Positions 53,870 to 64,000 of a DNA stretch of 64,000 nt are shown here, in pieces. The notes under the pieces are model-generated. The model saw only the letters and a program-made list of their open reading frames with translations. It was not told the DNA's origin and did not search any database. Positions within the stretch are counted from its first letter, which is position 1; each line of letters starts with the position of its first letter. The position numbers and the translations under genes were made by a program. Source of the stretch: Eledone cirrhosa (lineage: Eukaryota); contig OZ024740.1 of the NCBI GenBank assembly GCA_964016885.1, positions 283,030,001 to 283,094,000 on the forward strand, in the 5' to 3' direction.

Positions 53870-54603
53870 CATGTATATGTATGTATATATATATATATAT
53901 ACATATATATGTATGTATATATATATGTGTATATATAATTGTAATATTGTCTTTAATCTACATCATTTGTATTATACATACATCCAAATAATAGAAATCA
54001 ACTTTTTACACTATATATATATATATATATATATATAAGTTGATTTCTATTATTTGTATGTATATATAATACAAATGATGTAGATCAAAGACAATATTAC
54101 AATTTGTTTCAAAGATATTATAAATGGTTTTTTCTTGGTTTGTACGAAAGGCGACAGTTGAAGCACTCTAAAACAACAGTTCATATATTCAGTACGTAAG
54201 ATAACCAGTAAACATATAAATTAGTAAACACTACATAAGTTCTTCAATGCCAACATTACTGAGAGCAAAATATGTCCATGTGAATACATTGTTTTGAATT
54301 TCAAGTTATTTGTGTAAATTCGCTAAAATAAATTTAGAAGGAACACATACATGCGAGAACGGGAACATTATTCGTAGAGCTAAGAATGAATATATGATAG
54401 TGAGACTACCCGATAGGAGAATTCCACGCACATTGTTGCGACCGAGGCAGAATTAGGAGTGTGTTCACATTCCAGTATACAACCATTCATGTTAAAATTT
54501 ACACGAAACTTGTTTATCGTGATAACAACAAAACATGAGTACACTGTGTAACTCAATATAACCTGCAACATCTCTTTAACTCTCGCTCTCACTCACTCTA
54601 TCA

Positions 54604-54669
<66 letters not shown>

Positions 54670-54725
54670 AAAAGAGTCAGGACCCCGACGGCTAAGCTCC
54701 GGCCGTTTCGAGAGCTAGGTCTGAA

Positions 54726-54837
<112 letters not shown>

Positions 54838-55412
54838 TTATATTTACACATATTTTTTCCTCTGCTGCTACAGGTCTTTTTCGTTCTATGTATCTTTACC
54901 CTTTCTAGCAGTCTCTCTCTGTTAGCCTCTTCCTCACCCTTGACTCACTCATTCTCTGTCACTACCTCTCCTCCTCATCTTTCTTCCCGTTTGACCTGTG
55001 TGTAATTCTTTTCTCTCGCACGCTCGGCCAAGCTGGTCGGAATTTTTTCTCTCTCTCGTCTACGATTTCACAGAACTTATGTTTACCCAATTCGCAGACC
55101 AGACCCCTTCTTCCTCCCATTAGACCTGTGCGAAATTCCTTCCTTGCTCACATTTCAACCAGGTTTGATGGTCTTTATTCTCTCGTTCACCATTTCACCG
55201 AATTTAAATTCATAGAAATCTGAGACTTGTCTACTTCTTCCTCACTTTCTGTTGTTTCACCATTTTGTTTGTTTACCCTCGCGTCCCCTTTATTTACGTG
55301 TCCCAACGACTTTTTTTAGCCGTTGCTCGCACCAACCGGAGGTATATGGTCTTTAAAGCGATGAAATGCCTATGATGGCTAGAAGATCACTGATGAAGGA
55401 CAAACTTGTTTC

Positions 55413-55469
<57 letters not shown>

Positions 55470-55988
55470 AGTATGTATGTATACGTACATACATATATGT
55501 ATACAGACGTACAGTAGTATGTACATATATATATACATACATGCACATATATATATATATATGCACGTATCGGTTTACTGAACATTTATTATAATGCTCG
55601 GTTTGTTTGTTTGTAAACAAACAAACAAACAAACAGCCCGAATTACGCCGTACAGTGTTTAGGCAACCACGTCACCCTTTTGTTCAACACTGACACAGGA
55701 ACCATTGACTAGTTTCAAGCTTATTAGCTATCGTCAGCATCGTATACCTTCCTGCCAGATGGTTGCATGTCTGAAAGTATATACTTTTCTCATGCATATT
55801 AACGGCTGAGCAGCCTAATTTGCATATCGAGTGAGTTTAGTCGGCTGGGCGCACCGGAAACAATAAATGGAATTGAATGCATGTACGTATACATACATAC
55901 ATACTTACATTTAAGTAACTGCCGTACTAAGAGTGAGAAATGAAATTTCCTTTCATTCTATTCCATATATATATATATATATATATAC

Positions 55989-56380
55989 GAAGGCAATCCC
56001 AAAAGTAAGGTCTCCTTCCGATACTGCAACTTTTCCGTTAAAATCCTGTGGATGGTGCTTCGGGAAACCTCAGGAACCAAAATGCAGAGAGCATCCAGAG
56101 TGATCCGCCGATCTTTACGCATGTTTTCCTCGGAAGGAGACCTTAATTCTGGGATTACCCTCTATATAATAACTGCGCGAAATTCGCACTTGGCGGTAGC
56201 GTTCAACGGGAGCTCCTTTCTTAACGGCTGCCAAGCCAAGATTGAGCATCCCAGCGAAGCGCGCGCATGGTTGTTTGGGAGTGAAGGAAGCACCAATCAC
56301 AACAGGGTTGCCAAGAGCCGTACGAAGAGTTTCTCTGCGTCCCCATCGCTTTGGAGACCTTACTTTTGGGATTACCCTCC

Positions 56381-56382
<2 letters not shown>
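55989..56382. mobile_element. Mariner-type MITE (composite); duplicate at 59381-59775
   Basis: TIR ta-cgaaggcaatcccaaaagtaaggtctcc, with matching right TIRs at ~56137-56162 and ~56353-56380. Confidence 0.75.
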
Positions 56383-56424
<42 letters not shown>

Positions 56425-56431
<7 letters not shown>

Positions 56432-57862
56432 CGTAAAATAAGAAAATATTTTTAAAAAAAAATTTTTTTTTTAATTTTTTACTTACTTAAATTTTCACTC
56501 CAACTAATTAGTTTCTGCAATGGGATAAAGACAGTTACGTAATCCAACTGTCGAGAATTTATTGCGTCATCGGGGAGTCTATTCTCAGTTAAGTCTCCAG
56601 GCAATGCGCGGACACTGGCGGCTCATATAAAAATAATAATAATTCGGTAGATCGAACAGCTTGCGAGGACTGGATTCTATGTACCGAAATTCTCACTGCT
56701 TCAAGTCAAATGGCCGATTCTAAAGAATCAATCACGTGACACAGAGGCTAGTTAGAAGGAATGGGATGGTAAGATGACTGACGCCTACTAACACCCCCAA
56801 AAAAAGTTTTTTTAGAAGTGGTTTTGGCAAGTTTGCTCGACAAATCAGTGATTTGGAGATAAATATAGATAATTTAATATATCAACTAACATAAGCGCAC
56901 AGATGCACGCCCATGCCAGCAAATACACAGGTTATGTCATAGTACCTAGGTGGTTCAATGCAGGAGAATGCAGAACAATAATATAAAAGACGTAAAATAA
57001 GAAAATATTTTTAAAAAAAAATTTTTTTTTAATTTTTTACTTACTTAAATTTTCACTCCAACTAATTAGTTTCTGCAATGGGATAAAGACAGTTACGTAA
57101 TCCAACTGTCGAGAATTCATTGCGTCATCAGGGAGTCTATTCTCAGTTAAGTCTCCAGGCAATGCGCGGACACTGGCGGCTCATATAATTTATATATTAT
57201 TGTTCTGCATTCTCCTGCATTGAATCACCTAGGTACTATGACATAACCTGTGTATTTGCTGGCATGGGCGTGCATCTGTGCCCTTATGTTAGTTGATATA
57301 TTAAATTATCTATATTTATCTCCAAATCACTGATTTATCGAGCAAACTTGCCAAAACCACTTCTAAAAAAACTTTTTTTGGGGGTGTTAGTAGGCGTCAG
57401 TCATCTTACCATCCCATTCCTTCTAACTAGCCTCTGTGTCACGTGATTGATTCTTTAGAATCGGCCATTTGACTTGAAGCAGTGAGAATTTCGGTACATA
57501 GAATCCAGTCCTCGCAAGCTGTTCGATCTACCGAATTATTATTATTTTTATATGAGCCGCCAGTGTCCGCGCATTGCCTGGAGACTTAACTGAGAATAGA
57601 CTCCCTGATGACGCAATGAATTCTCGACAGTTGGATTACGTAACTGTCTTTATCCCATTGCAGAAACTAATTAGTTGGAGTGAAAATTTAAGTAAGTAAA
57701 AAACATTTAAAAAAAATTAAAAAAAAAAAATATTTTCTTATTTTACGTCTTTTATATTATTGTTCTGCATTCTCCTGCATTGAACCACCTAGGTACTATG
57801 ACATAACCTGTGTATTTGCTGGCATGGGCGTGCATCTGTGCGCTTATGTTAGTTGATATATT

Positions 57863-57868
<6 letters not shown>
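56425..57868. mobile_element. Family B retrozyme-like element (~558-bp unit; tandem plus inverted tandem)
   Basis: HHRs at 56497-56578 (-, core CCGATGA), 57055-57136 (-) and 57600-57681 (+); (TA)n flanks. Confidence 0.85.
57600..57681 (+). ncRNA. Type I hammerhead ribozyme with extended helix II (family B)
   Basis: actcc-CTGATGA-c-gcaatg...[gacagtt/aactgtc hairpin]...cattgc-a-GAAAC-taatta-GTT-ggagt. Confidence 0.85.
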
Positions 57869-57947
<79 letters not shown>

Positions 57948-58534
57948 TTATATTTACACATATTTTTTCCTCTGCTGCTACAGGTCTTTTTCGTTTTATG
58001 TATCTTTACCCTTTCTAGCAGTCTCTCTCTCTGTTAGCCTCTTCCTCACCCTTGACTCACTCATTCTCTGTCACTACCTCTCCTCCTCCTCTTTCTTCCC
58101 GTTTGACCTGTGTGTAATTCTTTTCTCTCGCACGCTCGGCCAAGCTGGTCGGAATTTTTTCTCTCTCTCGTCTACGATTTCACAGAACTTATGTTTACCC
58201 AATTCGCAGACCAGACCCCTTCTTCCTCCCATTAGACCTGTCCGAAATTCCTTCCTTGCTCACATTTCAACCAGGTTTGATGGTCTTTATTCTCTCGTTC
58301 ACCATTTCACCGAATTTAAATTCATAGAAATCTGGGACTTGTCTCCTTCTTCCTCACTTTCTGTTGTTTCACCATTTTGTTTGTTTACCCTCGCGTCCCC
58401 TTTATTTACGTGTCCCAACGACTTTTTTTAGCCGTTGCTCGCACCAACCGGATGTATATGGTCTTTAAAGCGATGAAATGCCTATGATGGCTGGAAGATC
58501 ACTGATGAAGGACAGACTTTTTTCATGTGTATAC

Positions 58535-58594
<60 letters not shown>

Positions 58595-58597
<3 letters not shown>

Positions 58598-58785
58598 AAA
58601 AAGTATGACCCCGACGGAAGAGCTCAGGCCGTTTTCGAAGGGTATTTATGGACTGAAATAGCCGTCGATACGGCTTCGGCTCTGCCGTCGGGGTCATACT
58701 TTTTCCTATTACCCACTCTGCTATCCTAAGTATTGAGTATTCTGGTGCGTTATGGGCCATCTGGTTCTTTACCACATTTCCTTTG

Positions 58786-58787
<2 letters not shown>
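58595..58787. mobile_element. Family C element (filled site)
   Basis: Present in the (TA)n tract of duplicate 2 and absent from the paralogous tract at 55418-55466. Confidence 0.85.
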
Positions 58788-58840
<53 letters not shown>

Positions 58841-59345
58841 AGTATGTATGTATACGTACATACATATATGTATACAGACGTACAGTAGTATGTATATATA
58901 TATATATACATACATGCACATATATATATATATATATATATATGCACGTATCGGTTTACTGAACATTTATTATAATGCTCGGTTTGTTTGTTTGTAAACA
59001 AACAAACAAACAAACAGCCCGAATTACGCCGTACAGTGTTTAGGCAACCACGTCACCCTTTTGTTCAACACTGACACAGGAACCATTGACTAGTTTCAAG
59101 CTTATTAGCTATCGTCAGCATCGTATACCTTCCTGCCAGATGGTTGCATGTCTGAAAGTATATACTTTTCTCATGCATATTAACGGCTGAGCAGCCTAAT
59201 TTGCATATCGAGTGAGTTTAGTCGGCTGGGCGCACCGGAAACAATAAATGGAATAGAATGCATGTACGTATACATACATACATACTTACATTTAAGTAAC
59301 TGCCGTACTAAGAGTGAGAAATGAAATTTCCTTTCATTCTATTCC

Positions 59346-59380
<35 letters not shown>

Positions 59381-59773
59381 CGAAGGCAATCTCAAAAGTA
59401 AGGTCTCCTTCCGATATTGCAACTTTTCCGTTAAAATCCTGTGGATGGTGCTTCGGGAAACCTCAGGAACCAAAATGCAGAGAGCATCCAGAGTGATCCG
59501 CCGATCTTTACGCATGTTTTCCTCGGAAGGAGACCTTAATTCTGGGATTACCCTCTATATAATAACTGCGCGAAATTCGCACTTGGCGGTAGCGTTCAAC
59601 GGGAGCTCCTTTCTTAACGGCTGCCAAGCCAAGATTGAGCATCACAACGAAGCGCGCGCATGGTTGTTTGGGAGTGAAGGAAGCACCAATCACAACAGGG
59701 TTGCCAAGAGCCGTACGAAGAGTTTCTCTGCGTCCCCATCGCTTTGGAGACCTTACTTTTTGGATTACCCTCC

Positions 59774-59811
<38 letters not shown>

Positions 59812-59814
<3 letters not shown>

Positions 59815-60017
59815 ATCCTTCTATGTTTGTTTACTTGTCTCGCCCGCTTTACGCGATTTACTTGTCACAATAGCTTTATTTAGCTATTACTCGCACCAAC
59901 CTGAGGTATATGATTTTTAAAGCGATGAAATACCAATGAAGGTTGGAAAATCACTGACGAAGGACTATTTGTATCATATGTAACCCATGTGCAACCACGC
60001 AGTATTCTATTCTTCTC

Positions 60018-60025
<8 letters not shown>
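59812..60025 (+). mobile_element. Family A 3' fragment
   Basis: Homologous to 8440-8640 and the 34535-36090 units. Confidence 0.75.
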
Positions 60026-60072
<47 letters not shown>

Positions 60073-60125
60073 ATATCTTTCTTTCGCTATCTCTTTCTAT
60101 CTATTTATTTATTTCACCCACTCCC

Positions 60126-60214
<89 letters not shown>

Positions 60215-60769
60215 CACTCTGATTCCTTGCTGAGAAGCCATTTGCATTTTAAGAAATTGATTTTCTTGTCACAAGATGTTTTAACCTGTAACTCCTCGAT
60301 AGGAGTAACACTTTGTCGGTTTGGTTCTTGACATGAATATTAATTATGAATGTACTATGAACTGATGAATCTATCGCCCTTTCTAGCAAAAATGACAATT
60401 TCTATTTTTAAAAAAGCTGGAGAACATCCATCGCCACAATTTAATCCAAAAGACCACCACAATAACCACTACAATCACAATCACTGTCAATACCTCCAAG
60501 TACCACCACCACCACTAGTTCCTTCAACCATCTAGTCACATATCTTTGTAGAAATAACACTGACATCTCTCTTAATTTACACCCGACTGACATGTAATAG
60601 GATACATTGGTATGTAAGATCCCAGATGCACAAATCCAGAATACAAAAAGAATGGCTACCGCTAGAATGTCTTTGATCAGAGATTTGTTTGATCAAGGCT
60701 GCTCTGGGATTTCTAAGCAACAGCAATGTGAACAACAACAACGTGAGCAATAAACAGCAACTGCAGGGA

Positions 60770-60950
60770 AGACGAGAACAAACTACATACGACAGGTTTG
60801 CGGTCGTTCCCCTGGCAGTGGAGACTTCTGGTGTTCTCGGCCCCAGGGCTACCTCCTTGCTCGCCTGAGCTGGCCGGCCGCAGGTGTGGGCCCCGCGAGT
60901 TGGGGTGGCTTTTCCGGCGCGTCTCCCTTTGCCGTCCTCGGGGGATTATG
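60770..60950 (+). pseudogene. CRE-like LINE C-terminal (RLE) fragment
   Basis: GC-rich island reading 'FAVVPLAVETSGVLGPRATSLL...ELGWLFRRVSL', similar to the 'P.AVET.G..G' C-terminus of CRE-clade elements. Confidence 0.55.
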
Positions 60951-61363
60951 GGGGGGGGGGGGCTTCTCCGTTCTGTACGCCGGGGCTGTGGGTGGGCCCC
61001 ATCGCGTACCAATACATTAGTTAAATACCATTCTTTCATCTGATACAACACAATAAAGAATAACTACAACTATTGTAACGGCCATGAAAACAATAGGAAA
61101 TGTGCCTAGATAAACCTTTGATATAAGAAAATGGAGGTTGCAATAGAAAGTAAACGTTACTGGTGTAACAACTTCATGAAGGAGAGAGGGAAGACAAGTG
61201 AAGGGAAACAAATGAGGTAGGAGATGCACACAACATGAACAACAACAAGCTGTATCCAGCATTAAGACAATAGTACTAACAGGAAAAGAGAAACAACCCA
61301 TTTAACATCATACATTGCCACAACAACAACAACAACAACAACAACTATTAAACACTTTTAAAC

Positions 61364-61715
<352 letters not shown>

Positions 61716-61978
61716 ACACACACACACACACGCATACACACACACATACATACATACACTTACACACACTCACTCATATTCGCACATACAGAGATTAATA
61801 CTCAAGTAGTAACAATGTAATACAAATATTTATATATGTATCTCTGTATATACTTTTTATATATATACACACATAAACATCCATGTATACATATATACAT
61901 TTATAAGTATACTTACATGTATGTACATACACGAATGCGTATATTAAAAAGACTGATAATAGAGATATCACTCCGATC

Positions 61979-62059
<81 letters not shown>

Positions 62060-62064
62060 ATCTG

Positions 62065-62119
<55 letters not shown>

Positions 62120-62445
62120 ACAAAAATATATATATGCATATATATATATATAATATATATACATATATATATATACATAAATATATATATATATGTATAT
62201 ATAGGAATTAAAATACTAGAGTGTGTTGGAGTTAAACACCCTCTTCGTATTATAGAAATGACAGTAAAGGTATAGCTCAATGTAATTAAACAGAGCCGAA
62301 GAATTATGAAAATAAACCAAAGAAGCCTTCAATACATCAAAAGTCTTTTTTAGCCAACAATGTTTCGTCCTGTTAATGTATGTACACTCCATATTCTTCT
62401 GAGTGTTTGGCTTGTATTGGCCGATAGTGCTTCTTATAGCTTTAA

Positions 62446-62488
62446 TTGCTCTGATGAGTCCTTAATAGGACGAAACATTGTTGGCTAA
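62446..62488 (+). ncRNA. Minimal type I hammerhead ribozyme in an asymmetric palindrome (62203-62535)
   Basis: gct-CTGATGA-gtcct(taat)aggac-GAAAC-att-GTT-ggc; inverted partial copy at 62303-62375. Confidence 0.85.
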
Positions 62489-62616
62489 TAAAGACTTTCG
62501 ATGTATTGAAGGCTTCTTTGGTTTATTTTCATAATATGTATATATATATATATATTGAGAGAGGTGGGGGGGAGTAAAGACAGAGAGGGAGACTTTATAG
62601 TTCAGATCGGTATCTA

Positions 62617-62687
<71 letters not shown>

Positions 62688-63030
62688 AAGTTCTATTTAA
62701 ATTGTTGGGATACAACAAGCAAATATTTTTATAACTGATATAAAGCACTCAACAAATATTTGGAGTAAAAATACGATATATTAACAAATGGAATCTCCTC
62801 TCTCTCTCTCTCTCTCTATCTTTCTTTCTCTCTCTGTTGTTCTGCCCTTTCTCTCTCTTTCCTTCTCTATCTTTCTCTGTCTCCGTAACCCAACGGCTTA
62901 TTTTAAAAATATCCAATACTAACTTACCTAATAATTAAAGCTACAACTCCACTATCCGATAGCTACCAACAGTAATGGTTGCATTCTTTAAGGGTATGTC
63001 AATATTTATTTATAAAACTGTTCTATATTA

Positions 63031-63095
63031 TATTTTATCTGATGAAAGCACACCATAATTTAACTTGGTGTCCTTGAAATATGTATAATGAAATA
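63031..63095 (+). ncRNA. Type I hammerhead ribozyme
   Basis: tattttat-CTGATGA-aagcacacca...tggtgtcctt-GAAA-tatgta-TA-atgaaata. Confidence 0.75.
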
Positions 63096-63206
63096 AATAT
63101 GGTTTTATAAATATAGTTTCCATTTGTTAATATATCGTATATATATATATATATATATGATTGCATTTTTGTTTTTAGAATCCAAATTCAATAAACAAAC
63201 CAGGAA

Positions 63207-63268
63207 TTTTCATTCTGAGGATTGAAAGCAAAACCTTTTGCTTTTAAGAAACCACTGGTAAATGGAAT
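63207..63268 (+). ncRNA. Type I hammerhead ribozyme
   Basis: catt-CTGAGGA-ttgaaagcaaaa(cc)ttttgcttttaa-GAAAC-cactg-GTA-aatg. Confidence 0.8.
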
Positions 63269-63436
63269 AATTGCCTTATGTTGTTTATTACATAATAATA
63301 ATAATTAAGCTCTGTTGCCTACATAGAGCACTCTTTTTTCCTGGACTTTTCCGATGGAATTACTTCATTTACACATATATATATATATATATATCCCTTC
63401 TCTCTCTCTGTCGCTCTCTTTCTCTCTCTCTCTCAA

Positions 63437-63478
<42 letters not shown>

Positions 63479-63537
63479 TTGAGAGAGAGAGAGAAAGAGA
63501 GCGACAGAGAGAGAGAAAGGGGAGAGAGTGAGAGAGA

Positions 63538-63597
<60 letters not shown>

Positions 63598-63624
63598 CGT
63601 TTATAGTTAAGATATACCAATATC

Positions 63625-63655
<31 letters not shown>

Positions 63656-63880
63656 CAACGTATTCCACTACATTTACATATGATACCAACATACACAACG
63701 CATTTTTATCAAGCTAGCGAGGCAGTCTGGTCGAAGTCGTTTGATCTGTTACAAACAGCAGCTGAATATCACACCAGCCACATCATAGAAAGGAACGCAG
63801 TGAATAGCGTGTTTTGGGATATCTTTATTTAATAGGAAAAAGACGTGATGGCCACGGCTGGGAACTAACTTGTAGCTCTT

Positions 63881-63941
<61 letters not shown>

Positions 63942-64000
63942 GCTGCTGCTGCTGCTGCTGCTACTACTACTACTACTACTACTGCTGCTGCTGCTACTAC

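Noticed and set aside
63396-63520. Near-perfect palindrome of (CT)n-(TA)n-(GA)n
   Set aside because: Low-complexity fold-back that could be a local inversion or an assembly artefact; no element features.

Overview
AT-rich, microsatellite-saturated eukaryotic non-coding DNA. The recurrent tRNA-derived SINE resembles SINEs I recognise from octopod cephalopods, but the taxon is an inference. I found no intact host gene; most listed ORFs are translations of (TA)n, (CA)n or (GA)n tracts. Recognisable coding relics are a near full-length but disrupted Helitron (~14.4-21.6 kb), a disrupted Naiad-type Penelope-like element (PLE; RT + GIY-YIG, 42.5-46.4 kb), a second PLE relic, and RTE, R4/Dong-like and CRE-like LINE fragments, including one RTE with a twin-priming-type 5' inversion. 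There are also hAT, mariner and pogo MITEs. The main signal that the ORF track misses is about 20 hammerhead-ribozyme (HHR) motifs from many unrelated short non-coding families. Most of these families sit inside (TA)n tracts as partial tandems or as 'tail-out' asymmetric palindromes, the same architecture as the Naiad PLE. One family shows compensatory base changes in an extended helix II across three variants, and a local duplication preserves a filled/empty (TA)n site. Together these suggest a (TA)n-targeting PLE/retrozyme ecosystem. Coordinates and pairings were read by eye, and no catalytic or transposition activity is demonstrated.
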